Shown piece by piece: positions 39,189 to 48,820 of a stretch of 64,000 nucleotides of DNA. The notes beneath the pieces were generated by a model. That model made no database searches, was not told the origin of the DNA, and was given only the letters and a program-made list of their open reading frames with translations. Both the position numbers and the translations under genes were made by a program. Each line of letters starts with the position of its first letter. Positions within the stretch are counted from its first letter, which is position 1. The stretch covers positions 4,448,001 to 4,512,000 of the forward strand of contig OZ223236.1 in assembly GCA_965140445.1 (NCBI GenBank). Direction: 5' to 3'. The stretch comes from Candidatus Ozemobacteraceae bacterium. GTDB lineage: Bacteria; Muiribacteriota; Ozemobacteria; Ozemobacterales; Ozemobacteraceae.

Positions 39189-40994
39189 TTAAAGGCCTGG
39201 ATAGAGATCCATGGCTTTATACCAAGACTGAACAAGTTTAACACGTTCGCTATTATTAGTAGGAAGCGTAAACGGTCTACCTCTTGTATCAAAGACCAAA
39301 CCAACTACTCCACCATCAAGCTCTGCTTCAACTTCTTTACCGTCACCAGCACCCATATCATATCCCCATTTTGGAGCGATAAAGACTTTTGCTTTCTCGC
39401 CAACCCCAAGAGGAACAACGGTCAATTCTCCGCCATTAAGGGTTTTGGATACTGTTTCGCCACTTGGCAAAGTTACTCTAATATCCATTACTGGAGAACC
39501 CATTTTTACTTTGCCAACTGGAGCAATGCAGGTTCCAAGATAAATCAAGCAGTCCTTTTCGAAAACGCTCAATGCTGCATCTTCATGTACTTTTGCAAGA
39601 ACGCCCAATTGAGGCATCATAAAGATCGAGTCAACTGTCAGCTGTGTAATACCTTCCGGAAGGAAAGCATCGATAAGCATCATTGCAGTTTGCTGTCTTC
39701 TTGGCGCATGAGAAAGAACTCCACCAGATCCAATAAGCATATTCAAATCAGTAAGGTTAACGAGAGTTTCACCAGTATTAGACTGATCAAAAACATCGCC
39801 AATAGTTCTTTCCTGCTGAACACCTTTCAAGCCAACGGCGAGAGATCTGTGCTGATCAAATGAAAGTCTGAGAGCTTCTCTGGCACATGCCTGCTCAACC
39901 ATAAGTTCTTCAAGAAGTGAAGGAATGGTAGTTGGGCGAATCATTTTGTTTTTTACGCGATTCCTTAGATCTCTTTCTTCCATTTCGAAAGGAACCCATC
40001 GCATAATGTTATCAAGGCCTGCTTCTGCAAAAACGTTACTGATAGAATAGCTCATACCATAGTTTGCCGAAACTGACTTATTGTAAATTCCACCAAACAC
40101 GCTGAAAACGTCCGTGGTAGCACCACCAATATCAGCACCTACAACGTTGATTCCTTTTCGGTTGGAAATAAGCTGCATGATGTCCCCGACCGCACCAGGA
40201 GTTGGCATAATGTCTTCATCAGTCAATTCCATCAGGTGTGGGTATCCAGGCGCATGACTCATAACGTGCTCAAGGAACAAATGCTGAATTTTCTGGCGAG
40301 TAGGCATGAGATTTTCTTTTTCAAGAGATGGTCTCAGGTTATCTGCAAGGTCAAGTGCAACCTTGTCAGCCAATCGCTCTTTTATTAATTCAGTCGCGTC
40401 TTTGTTTCCAGCATACAAAACTGGTAATTGATAACTGATTCCAAGGCGTGCTTTTGGGTTTGCGGCAGCGATAATTTCAGCAAGAGCTGCAACGTGGGAC
40501 TTGGTCCCTCCATCAACACCACCAGAGAGTAGAATCATATCAGGTCTAAGATGCCTGATTCTTGCAATTTTTTCATGGGCAAGTCTGCCATCATTTGTGG
40601 CCAGAACGTCCATAACGATAGCACCAGCACCAAGAGCAGCTCTGGTTGCTGATTCACCTGACATTGATTTAACAACACCAGTAACCATCATTTGAAGCCC
40701 ACCACCAGCAGAACTAGTTGAAACGTAAAGATCAACACCTTTTCCATCCTTAAATGGCTTGGTTATTGCTTTTCCGTCATCTGTCAAAATTTGGCGTCCA
40801 GCTAATTCCTGAACTTCAGCTACAGCATTTAAAACGCCTTGTGTAACGTCTTCAACAGGGGCTTCAACAGTTGTTGGAGCTTCACCTCTGACGATGAGAC
40901 GAAATACCCCGTCACGTTTTTCGATCAGAATTGCTTTGGTAGTCGTACTACCACAATCTGTTGCCAGGATGCTTTGAATTTCACCGTTGCTCAC
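39189..40994 (-). CDS. GlmL/MutL (glutamate mutase L)-like ASKHA-fold ATPase
   Basis: ILATDCGSTTTKA (phosphate 1), SSAGGGL, LSGGVDGG, MPTP, DIGGATTDVFS (phosphate 2) and IGSGGVL motifs. Probable GTG start at 40994 after AAGGAAGG. Confidence 0.85.
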   Translation of the reverse strand: MSNGEIQSILATDCGSTTTKAILIEKRDGVFRLIVRGEAPTTVEAPVEDVTQGVLNAVAEVQELAGRQILTDDGKAITKPFKDGKGVDLYVSTSSAGGGLQMMVTGVVKSMSGESATRAALGAGAIVMDVLATNDGRLAHEKIARIRHLRPDMILLSGGVDGGTKSHVAALAEIIAAANPKARLGISYQLPVLYAGNKDATELIKERLADKVALDLADNLRPSLEKENLMPTRQKIQHLFLEHVMSHAPGYPHLMELTDEDIMPTPGAVGDIMQLISNRKGINVVGADIGGATTDVFSVFGGIYNKSVSANYGMSYSISNVFAEAGLDNIMRWVPFEMEERDLRNRVKNKMIRPTTIPSLLEELMVEQACAREALRLSFDQHRSLAVGLKGVQQERTIGDVFDQSNTGETLVNLTDLNMLIGSGGVLSHAPRRQQTAMMLIDAFLPEGITQLTVDSIFMMPQLGVLAKVHEDAALSVFEKDCLIYLGTCIAPVGKVKMGSPVMDIRVTLPSGETVSKTLNGGELTVVPLGVGEKAKVFIAPKWGYDMGAGDGKEVEAELDGGVVGLVFDTRGRPFTLPTNNSERVKLVQSWYKAMDLYPGL

Positions 40995-41325
40995 GTGATT
41001 CACCTTCCTTACAGTCCTTTTTTTCCTTTTCAAGAGTCTCAATGGCCACCATCAATTGCTCAATCCGATTTCTATCGGCGGAAATTGCCTGGAGTTTCTC
41101 CATTTTGACCGAATCTACCATCATTTCAAGAATGGGACCAAACACTACGAGACTGGAATACCCAATAAAGGATATTGGCTTAACCATTTCCAGTGACATT
41201 ATAACGGGAACACTCATGCCTCTCCTGACCACAAGCTCGGCGAGCTTATTAATAAACTCCTCAAGCTCCTGGTCAGAAAATTTGCAATCCTTTTCCACTT
41301 TCTTCGGAATGGTCCACATTCCCAT
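40981..41325 (-). CDS. Small hypothetical protein
   Basis: 114 aa with a KLA..VV.RGM.VP.I..LE..KP.SFIG motif; overlaps the start of the ATPase gene. Confidence 0.7.
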   Translation of the reverse strand: MGMWTIPKKVEKDCKFSDQELEEFINKLAELVVRRGMSVPVIMSLEMVKPISFIGYSSLVVFGPILEMMVDSVKMEKLQAISADRNRIEQLMVAIETLEKEKKDCKEGESREQR

Positions 41326-41340
41326 GGGCTAAGTCTCCAG

Positions 41341-42003
41341 TTATATAATGTGCAACCAGTCCGATAGAAGGAACTGAAAGCGTCCGATAAGAAGAGAAAT
41401 ACGACCCATAACAGTGGTTCCAAATGCTGCGCCGAAGCTTACCATCAAGAACCAGATACCAACTCGAGCTACGTTTCCATATACAGGGCCTTTGTGGTCT
41501 GTACTGAAAAAGAAGTAAAACAAACTGGTAACTGTTCCAATAACCAGTACAAGGTTTGAGAAACTCTCAAAAACACTTCCCTGCACTATTATTGGGCGAA
41601 TTGCCTTAGCAATCTGAGGAATAAGCGTCTGATGTGTAAAAAACACAATTGCCATACCAGTTGAAACACCCATAACAAATGAAACAGTAAATCTACTGAT
41701 CCACGCATGAGTTCCACTCAAACGGAATAGCATCAGAATTCCAAGAAGGCCAGGAATAATCAGAATATACTCAGGACTGGCATTGGCTGCCTGCCCTGTT
41801 GCAAAAGCTGAAGGGAAAATCTTCGAAAGAAGATTCGGTTTTAATACCTGGTGAAATGAAATCACCGAGAAGTAATACCCCGCAGAAACACCAACAAATA
41901 GATGCTCTGCAAATCTGTAAAACGGATTGTCTTTAACTAGAAAGCTGAAGCAGCAAAGAGTGATGAAAGCTCCAACCCATATTGATAATGTTAATGTTGT
42001 CAT
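41341..42003 (-). CDS. Unknown integral membrane protein (about 6 TM)
   Basis: KDNPFYRFAEHLFVGVSAGY and MVSFGAAFGTTVMGR motifs; GAGG RBS. Confidence 0.75.
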   Translation of the reverse strand: MTTLTLSIWVGAFITLCCFSFLVKDNPFYRFAEHLFVGVSAGYYFSVISFHQVLKPNLLSKIFPSAFATGQAANASPEYILIIPGLLGILMLFRLSGTHAWISRFTVSFVMGVSTGMAIVFFTHQTLIPQIAKAIRPIIVQGSVFESFSNLVLVIGTVTSLFYFFFSTDHKGPVYGNVARVGIWFLMVSFGAAFGTTVMGRISLLIGRFQFLLSDWLHII

Positions 42004-42013
42004 CTTCTTCCTC

Positions 42014-42913
42014 CTAACCTCTTCTCTTGCTTTTCTTCATTTCAGCCAAGAAAGCGAGGTTTCCAACAATAATGAAAAGAATGATTACCAGATGAGCGAT
42101 TGACTGAGGAGCCATTCCATCACGACCTGCGCCCTGATGATCTACAAGCTTTTCATATTCAGCTGCTCCAGGAAGTCCACCTGTCATACCAACCAACTGG
42201 CCAGTTTGAATATAGGTGATAAATCTAGGAATATTAACAGAAGTACAAGCTGCTCCCATCTTTCTTTTATGATCACCATAAAGGTTAATAAAAGTTTCGA
42301 TTCCGCCCGTTCCAGCAGTAAAGCTTACGATAACTCCAACATCCTGAATGGTGAAACGCTTGTTATTTTCCATTTGGAAAATAGGCATTTCTTTTGTTGA
42401 GTTACCTTCTCTGTCCGCTGGGTAAGTGCTCATGAAATCGTTTACCATAGCTTTAACATGAATCAAAGCGCCAGGTTTAAATCCAAGATTAACGTAATCT
42501 TCTCCACGAACCAATTTAGGTTTACAGCTCGGAGAAATTTTTCCCGCTTTTTTGAATTCTTCATAAGTTTGTTCATAAATCTGAGTAGCAGAAGCCAAAG
42601 CAGCTTCAGCCATTTCACCACCAAGAGGCCAGTTACCGCCACAAAGAGGCTTCTGATTTTTTCTGAACATATGCAGAAGAATTGCAATGGCAGAAGGCGC
42701 TAATTCAGGTTCTGAGCCTGGATCATAATCGAAAGAAAGAAAACATCTCTGTCCTTCAGGAAGAGAATCTACATAGTTAAAAAGGCCTTTTACTTCTGGG
42801 CCAGGAACAACCGGGAAATTCATTTTGAAAATCATAGGTGTAGCAACAGCTATAGCAACAAAAAGAAATACCCAACGACGATCAAGGTTTTTTAGATTGA
42901 TTAAAAAGTCCAT
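42014..42913 (-). CDS. Unknown membrane protein (TM, alpha/beta domain, TM)
   Basis: DRRW.FL, SFDYDP...EL.P, DYVNLGF.PG and GQLVGMTGGL.GAAEYE motifs; GGGAGG RBS. Confidence 0.75.
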   Translation of the reverse strand: MDFLINLKNLDRRWVFLFVAIAVATPMIFKMNFPVVPGPEVKGLFNYVDSLPEGQRCFLSFDYDPGSEPELAPSAIAILLHMFRKNQKPLCGGNWPLGGEMAEAALASATQIYEQTYEEFKKAGKISPSCKPKLVRGEDYVNLGFKPGALIHVKAMVNDFMSTYPADREGNSTKEMPIFQMENNKRFTIQDVGVIVSFTAGTGGIETFINLYGDHKRKMGAACTSVNIPRFITYIQTGQLVGMTGGLPGAAEYEKLVDHQGAGRDGMAPQSIAHLVIILFIIVGNLAFLAEMKKSKRRG

Positions 42914-42925
42914 GACTAGCCTCCC

Positions 42926-43810
42926 TTATCCTTCACCGCCAAGGTGAGATCTCTCTACACCGAGGATGATTTTCATTGAAGCGGAGATATAACCAAGCAT
43001 GGCACCAATCAGAATTGCTGTCTGAGCTGCAGAACTTGGGTATGAAATAATCCATGCTTTCAGAGCAGCAATATTAACAAACTTGCCAACAACTGGAATA
43101 ACATTGAACCATTCAGAAATCATATTTCCAACAGGAACGTTACCGAGCATAACGATGAAAGCAGAGCCCATCAACAATCCAGCTTCTTTAGATTTAACTC
43201 TAAATGCGCGGAAAGATGCAGAAGCAACAAAAAACGCAAGCAAGGAGAACATTGTTGCCTGAGCGGCTTTGAATACTCCCTGGAAAAGAACCTGCTGAGC
43301 ACAGAACAACCAGGCCATAACTCCACCGCGGAGTTTAGAATAAGCTGCTTTCTGTTTATTTCCCAAATCGTCAACAACTATAATTGTTGTAGTATCTTCA
43401 TCAGGAGTTGTTCCCTTATTTTCAGTAACTGTTTCAATGGTTACGTGCTTAGAAGTAACGTTGTTATCGGAGAACAGGTAATAGCTTTCACCAGCTTTAA
43501 CTGGTTTTTCAAACATTGGCCATGTCCCGGAAATGAACCCAAGAATTGTCATACTCAGGAATCCAAGAACAAGAACCAGACTGTATCCCCAACCGTCAGC
43601 CTTACGACTGATTTTTTGCAGATTGATCTTCAGCAAGCTGATAGCACCAAGTAACATGGTGAATGACATGATAATCTGAAGCCACTGTGGGAAAGTTTTA
43701 TCAATTGCCTTAAGCGTCGGAAAAGCTGGACCGCTGAAAAAGGCGAGAATCATTATTACACCCGATATGAATGTGATTATTAGTGGTAATGTTCTTTTTA
43801 CAAATAGCAT
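42926..43810 (-). CDS. Unknown integral membrane protein
   Basis: About six TM helices with an inserted soluble loop; ATMFSLLAFFVASASFRAFR motif; C-terminal ILGVER. Confidence 0.75.
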   Translation of the reverse strand: MLFVKRTLPLIITFISGVIMILAFFSGPAFPTLKAIDKTFPQWLQIIMSFTMLLGAISLLKINLQKISRKADGWGYSLVLVLGFLSMTILGFISGTWPMFEKPVKAGESYYLFSDNNVTSKHVTIETVTENKGTTPDEDTTTIIVVDDLGNKQKAAYSKLRGGVMAWLFCAQQVLFQGVFKAAQATMFSLLAFFVASASFRAFRVKSKEAGLLMGSAFIVMLGNVPVGNMISEWFNVIPVVGKFVNIAALKAWIISYPSSAAQTAILIGAMLGYISASMKIILGVERSHLGGEG

Positions 43811-43823
43811 TTCTCAACCCGCC

Positions 43824-45011
43824 TCACTTAAATAGTCCCATATAGCTTTCAGCCCAACTACTAAGCATTCCAGGTTCTCCGAGGTCGAAGCCCTTTATGC
43901 TCTGAAGTACTGTTCCGATTAAAATCGCTACTATGATAATAATTTTACTAACGTCCTGCCCTTTAAGAGATCCAACTTCTTTTGGATTCTTGGAAAGGTA
44001 AGCTGACGCTGCAAACAATTCTTCACCGATCAATGTGTAATCACATGATGCTACGAAGAAAGGAATCTGAGATGGTTCTGCGGTTCCGGCGATCTGAATC
44101 GCTCCTACCGAGTTTCCTGTTTCTGCAAGAATAAGTGATTCTGCATAAAAAGTTCCCAGATAAAAACAAGCCGCAGGTTTTTCGCGCATCATCGTTCCGC
44201 CAACACCTGCAACATAACCAAACTGATCATCAGTCAGGTAGTTGATTCTGTCCGGTCTGTATGCATCAGGTCTACCTTTTTCAAGATAAGACTGTTTTAC
44301 AACTTCCTGTGCAACTGACATAACAAAAGAGCGAGTCATAGGAGCAAACAAAGGAGTGTCATACTCAGCTGTTTTCTTGGCAACGTGTCCAAGAATTGTT
44401 ACCCCGGCTATAGTCTGAATGTCATCCATGTCCATGATTCCTGGAACATACAAAACACCGCGCCCCATTTCAGTAGCACGCCCAACAGCATCATCAAGAG
44501 CTGAAAGCCCGCTGATTCTTCTGATGAAGAGTTCCTTGCCGCGCTGAGCGTGGAAAGTGAAGTATGTCACAAAAGCCAAAAGAGCAGTAATAATAACAAG
44601 AACGTTCATTCTACTGGTATCGATATAATATCCAATACCCTGTGCTTGTTTTACCTGCTTTTGTGCAGCAATACTTGCTTCACCAGCATTACTGTTTGCC
44701 TCAGCCAGACTGCCGGCAACAACTGCTTTTGCCTTTTCCTCTTCACTCATTACCGGAGCTTGAGCTGCGGCAGGAGCAGTAACAGGAGCTGCAATGGCAG
44801 GTTGCGGAATCTCTGTTACAGGTGTAACAGGTGCGGCAACGGGGGCAGGCGACGGAGTTGTCGCTGCGGGTTCGACAGCTGCTGGTGCAACTGAAGGTGC
44901 GGAATCAACAACTACTTCTTGTTGAGCCACAACTACGGTAGCTGATACCATGATCAGAAGAGCTGCCAGTATTGGCAACAACTTCCCGGGCATTCGCCAG
45001 GATACACTCAT
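43824..45011 (-). CDS. DUF6754-like membrane protein with a Pro/Ala-rich N-terminal linker
   Basis: IRRISGL.ALDDAVGRATEMGR, DDQFGY, FYAESLILAETG...GAIQIAGT and DYTLIGEELFAASAYL motifs (family recognised from memory). ATG at 45011 after GGAGGT. Confidence 0.75.
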   Translation of the reverse strand: MSVSWRMPGKLLPILAALLIMVSATVVVAQQEVVVDSAPSVAPAAVEPAATTPSPAPVAAPVTPVTEIPQPAIAAPVTAPAAAQAPVMSEEEKAKAVVAGSLAEANSNAGEASIAAQKQVKQAQGIGYYIDTSRMNVLVIITALLAFVTYFTFHAQRGKELFIRRISGLSALDDAVGRATEMGRGVLYVPGIMDMDDIQTIAGVTILGHVAKKTAEYDTPLFAPMTRSFVMSVAQEVVKQSYLEKGRPDAYRPDRINYLTDDQFGYVAGVGGTMMREKPAACFYLGTFYAESLILAETGNSVGAIQIAGTAEPSQIPFFVASCDYTLIGEELFAASAYLSKNPKEVGSLKGQDVSKIIIIVAILIGTVLQSIKGFDLGEPGMLSSWAESYMGLFK

Positions 45012-45048
45012 GGATAAGACCTCCATATGAGAAATTCACAAATACAAG

Positions 45049-45082
45049 CTTCGATTATATCGAAGGCATTTATTTAAGTCAA
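45049..45082 (-). promoter_or_regulatory. Near-consensus sigma70 promoter with an overlapping palindromic operator
   Basis: TTGACT-N17-TATAAT (45082 to 45054); palindrome CTTCGAT-TAT-ATCGAAG at 45049-45065 covers the -10 box. Confidence 0.7.
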
Positions 45083-45155
45083 CGAAACTGTACACAAAAA
45101 GACTAGTTTTAAATCCCTGAAATAGACAAGAACCGTTTATAATCGGTGCATATAT

Positions 45156-46139
45156 CTATTGTTTTTCATACTTCCAGCATGCAACTCTGTGTCCTTCATG
45201 CAGTGGAAAAAAAGCAGGCGCTTTTGAACATTTTTCAAAAGAGTCGCTACAAAATGCAAAATAAGGACAAGCTGTTCCCAATTTCACATTATCTTTTACA
45301 ACCGGATCAACTAACTCACCACCTTCTCTCAAATAAAGAGCTGAATTTAAAAGACTTTTTGTATATGGATGAGAAGCATCTTTCAACAAACAATCAGATG
45401 GAAGTTCCTCCACAATTCGTCCTTTAAACAATAATATTATTCGATCTGCCAACTGCCTTACTACGGCAACATCATGAGAAATAAAAATAAGCGAAAGGTT
45501 TCTCTTTTCTTTAAGGTCCATTAAAAGGCCAAGTATTTGTGCCTGAACTGACACATCCAGAGCAGAAACCGCCTCATCAGCAATTACGATTTCAGGATTC
45601 AGCATTAAAGATCTGCAGATCCCTATTCTTTGCCTTTGCCCGCCACTAAATTCTGACGGGTATCTATCCAGGGCCTCAATTCCCAGGCCAACTTCTTCCA
45701 GAGAAGATTCAATTCTATCAAAATCCTTAAGCCCATGAATTTTTAACGGCTCCAATAAAATTTGTCGAACCGTCATTCTTGGGTCCAGCGATCCGAAAGG
45801 GTCCTGAAAAACCATCTGCATTTTTCGGAGAACTCTAAATTTTACGTTTGAATCACTGGAAAAAACATCAAGATTGTCGAGAGTTGCCTGGCCTGATTCT
45901 GGCGAATAAATTCCCATAAGAACTCGCGCCAGAGTAGATTTCCCAGACCCGCTTTCACCAAGTATTCCAAGCGTTTCTCCACGATAAAGCTCAAAAGAAA
46001 CATCTGACAAGGCTTCTAATACGGGGGCTTCTTTTCCTGAAATCTTGTTTTTTATCTTTGAAACCAGATCGGTTTCAAGAGAAAAGGTTTTACCAATCGA
46101 ACTGGCAACTAAAATTGGTTCCCGGTTTACCTTTGTCAT
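45156..46139 (-). CDS. oppF: Oligopeptide/dipeptide ABC transporter ATPase (OppF/DppF-like)
   Basis: GESGSGKST, QMVFQDP, FSGGQRQRI, ADE and HPYT motifs with a C-terminal Cys cluster; ATGA overlap with oppD. Confidence 0.85.
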   Translation of the reverse strand: MTKVNREPILVASSIGKTFSLETDLVSKIKNKISGKEAPVLEALSDVSFELYRGETLGILGESGSGKSTLARVLMGIYSPESGQATLDNLDVFSSDSNVKFRVLRKMQMVFQDPFGSLDPRMTVRQILLEPLKIHGLKDFDRIESSLEEVGLGIEALDRYPSEFSGGQRQRIGICRSLMLNPEIVIADEAVSALDVSVQAQILGLLMDLKEKRNLSLIFISHDVAVVRQLADRIILLFKGRIVEELPSDCLLKDASHPYTKSLLNSALYLREGGELVDPVVKDNVKLGTACPYFAFCSDSFEKCSKAPAFFPLHEGHRVACWKYEKQ

Positions 46140-47116
46140 ATTTTTTTGCTTTCTTCCAATGGAAACCAGCACTTGACTGATCTCCCATTTTCAAAAAATT
46201 GATTAACAGGTCTCTCCTGTTTACATTTGTCCACTGATAACTTACAACGATCCGAATAAACACATCCTAAAGGCTTATTATCCGGAGCGGGAAGATTTCC
46301 TGGAATTGGCTTGGGTAAAGATTTTGATTGAACCAGTCTTGGCATTGCTGCAAGCAAATCCCTTGTGTATGGATGCCGCGGGTTTTCGATCACCTCTTTC
46401 GTGGGACCAAACTCTATTAAATTACCTGCATATAAAACCCCAAGCTTATCTGAAACCGAATTTATTACTCCTAAATCATGGCTGATAAAAACTAAAGATT
46501 TGCCTTCGTTCTTTACCCGTTTTCTAAGCTCTGCAAGGATTTGAACCTGTAGACCTGCATCAAGAGCTGTCGTTGGCTCATCTGCTAGAATCAACTCGGG
46601 CTCTAACACCAGGGAAATAGCTAACATAGCTCGCTGGCGCATTCCCCCGCTCAATTGATGAGGATAAGAGTGAAAAAACTTTTCTGGTTCCGCAAATCCT
46701 GATTTTAAAAGAGAAACTCTTACCCGTTCCTGCAGTTCGGCTTTTGATATTCCGTGCTCATGAGCCAACACGCTTTCTGCAATTTGATCAAATAGCGTCA
46801 TCAAAGGGTTCATAGCAGTCATCGGCTCTTGGAACACCATTGCAATTTTGCAACCGCGAAATTTCCTGAAATCACCTTCAGAAAAATTAGTTAGAACTTT
46901 TTCTTTAAATAAAATCTTCCCGGATTCCTTGGCAATGCTAGCCTTGGGAAGCAAGCCCATAACACTCATAGCCAGGACTGATTTTCCTGAGCCCGACTCA
47001 CCTGCCAGCCCCAGACAAACTCCATCTTCCAGATCCAGAGAGATATTTTCCAGAACAGGAAGCATTCTCTTATTGCTGTCACTGAGCGTTAGAGAAAAAT
47101 TTTCAATTCTGAGCAA
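46136..47116 (-). CDS. oppD: Oligopeptide/dipeptide ABC transporter ATPase (OppD/DppD-like)
   Basis: GESGSGKS, MVFQEPMTAMNP, YPHQLSGGMRQR and ADEPTTALD motifs. Confidence 0.87.
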   Translation of the reverse strand: MLRIENFSLTLSDSNKRMLPVLENISLDLEDGVCLGLAGESGSGKSVLAMSVMGLLPKASIAKESGKILFKEKVLTNFSEGDFRKFRGCKIAMVFQEPMTAMNPLMTLFDQIAESVLAHEHGISKAELQERVRVSLLKSGFAEPEKFFHSYPHQLSGGMRQRAMLAISLVLEPELILADEPTTALDAGLQVQILAELRKRVKNEGKSLVFISHDLGVINSVSDKLGVLYAGNLIEFGPTKEVIENPRHPYTRDLLAAMPRLVQSKSLPKPIPGNLPAPDNKPLGCVYSDRCKLSVDKCKQERPVNQFFENGRSVKCWFPLEESKKI

Positions 47117-47136
47117 AAATCAAACTTCCTTATTTC

Positions 47137-48807
47137 TTAGTTGCAATCAGTGCCAGTGGAAACTGAATTCCAATAAAGCAGATCATCCCAGATTGTTGAG
47201 CTGGCAATTTCTCTACCTTTTTCTGCACGGAACAAACCAGTATCATAAGGCTGGAACAAAAATGCCACAGGCTTATCACTGATTAAAATATTTGCCAGCT
47301 TTTGCTTTAAAGCTTTTCTATCCTGACCCGGCAAGATTGAATCCAGACCATTTAGAATTTCATCAACATTTGGGTTTTCATACTTCATATAATTTAGCGA
47401 CAGATTATTCACTGGATTGCTATGCAAAAAATTCACCCAGTTTCCATCTTCGGGAAGATTGTAGCTAATGACACAAGTATCAAAATCGCCATTTTCAAGG
47501 TGATTTTTCACCAAATCCGACCAGGAAACTGGTTGAACCTCAGCCTTGATTCCCACCGCTTTCAAATCACTTGTAATCTCTTCTGCAACAAGTCGGCGAA
47601 TAATATTATCTTCGTTAAATGCAATTTTTAAAACAAAGTTTTCACCATTTAGTTCTCTGATTCCATCACCATTAGTATCTTTCAAACCAGCAGCTTCAAG
47701 AATCTGCTTAACTTCTTCCTGAGAAGTTTTGCTTTTAATCTGCTCTCCAAGCGGTGCTGAAAACAGTTCTCTTCCATCAAAAGGAATTTTATTCTTAATT
47801 TTTTCTCTGTTAATTGCCGCATTAAGAGCACTTCGCACCTGAATGTTATCAAAAGGTGCTTTTGCATTATTAAACATCCAGATCATACATGCAGGATTTG
47901 GATATCTTGTGAAAACCGTATTGCTGATTCCCATCTCTTTGAGTTGAGATGAAATTTCAGAAGGCAGATTTGCCCAAAATAGCTTGTCGTTTCTGAAATC
48001 ATTAACCAGGCTTTCAAAATTCAAATAGCTTCTGACAAGAATCTTCGGAGAGGTTGCATTCTCAAGCGTCGATTCAAGAACCAAATAGCGACCAGTCTCC
48101 CGGGAAGCAATTTTATAAGCTCCCATACCAACTGGCATATCATTGAAAGAAATTGTAGAAGTATTTGTGGCACTGCCAGCAGCAACTTCAGACGATCCTG
48201 AAGCGTTTAACTGAGACAACGTGGCTTTAGCAAGCTCCTGACCTTCTAAGATATGCTTAGGCAATAAACCAATAGTAAGTAAATCCAGATATTTTCTGGA
48301 GTTGTTAGCAAAAACGATTCGAGTTCGCTGGCCTCTTCCAAAGGAACTTATACTTATAATACCTTTGGCCATTTCAGCATAAGGACTCTGGTTTTCTGGA
48401 TTCTTAATTTGATCAATAGTGAATTCCAGATCCTTTGCATCAAATTCCACGCCATCGTGCCATTTAAGATTGTTCTTCCAAACAGCTTCCATAACTACCG
48501 TGCCACTTGCACCAGGTGTAAGCCAGAAAGAATCGAACAGATATGGCTTATAACTGCCATCATTACACTTAACCAGTGGCGCACCATGTATGAGATTGCA
48601 CACCATTTGAGCGTGTTCACCCTGTTGAAGAATTGGATTTAACCCAAGTGGATCGCCATAAATTCCTAATCTGACAACAGAGCCATCTGCAGCATCATAC
48701 AACTGTTTTATATTTTCAGGTGGCTGATATTTTTTGCCGCACCCGGAAACCAAAATAATACTTATCAGGAAAATTGTTGTAATTAATGCTTTAAATGTTT
48801 TCATCAT
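47137..48807 (-). CDS. Family 5 (peptide/nickel) ABC substrate-binding lipoprotein
   Basis: Lipobox LVSG-C; LNPI, KWHDG..F.A.D..FT, PVG.GAYK and VRSAL.AAINRE motifs. Confidence 0.85.
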   Translation of the reverse strand: MMKTFKALITTIFLISIILVSGCGKKYQPPENIKQLYDAADGSVVRLGIYGDPLGLNPILQQGEHAQMVCNLIHGAPLVKCNDGSYKPYLFDSFWLTPGASGTVVMEAVWKNNLKWHDGVEFDAKDLEFTIDQIKNPENQSPYAEMAKGIISISSFGRGQRTRIVFANNSRKYLDLLTIGLLPKHILEGQELAKATLSQLNASGSSEVAAGSATNTSTISFNDMPVGMGAYKIASRETGRYLVLESTLENATSPKILVRSYLNFESLVNDFRNDKLFWANLPSEISSQLKEMGISNTVFTRYPNPACMIWMFNNAKAPFDNIQVRSALNAAINREKIKNKIPFDGRELFSAPLGEQIKSKTSQEEVKQILEAAGLKDTNGDGIRELNGENFVLKIAFNEDNIIRRLVAEEITSDLKAVGIKAEVQPVSWSDLVKNHLENGDFDTCVISYNLPEDGNWVNFLHSNPVNNLSLNYMKYENPNVDEILNGLDSILPGQDRKALKQKLANILISDKPVAFLFQPYDTGLFRAEKGREIASSTIWDDLLYWNSVSTGTDCN

Positions 48808-48820
48808 CAGTCCTTAGAAA

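Noticed and set aside
39189..40994. Calling this a glutamate mutase locus or DNA-repair MutL
   Set aside because: The motifs are ASKHA, not GHKL, so it is not repair MutL. No GlmS/GlmE mutase subunits are present in the window.
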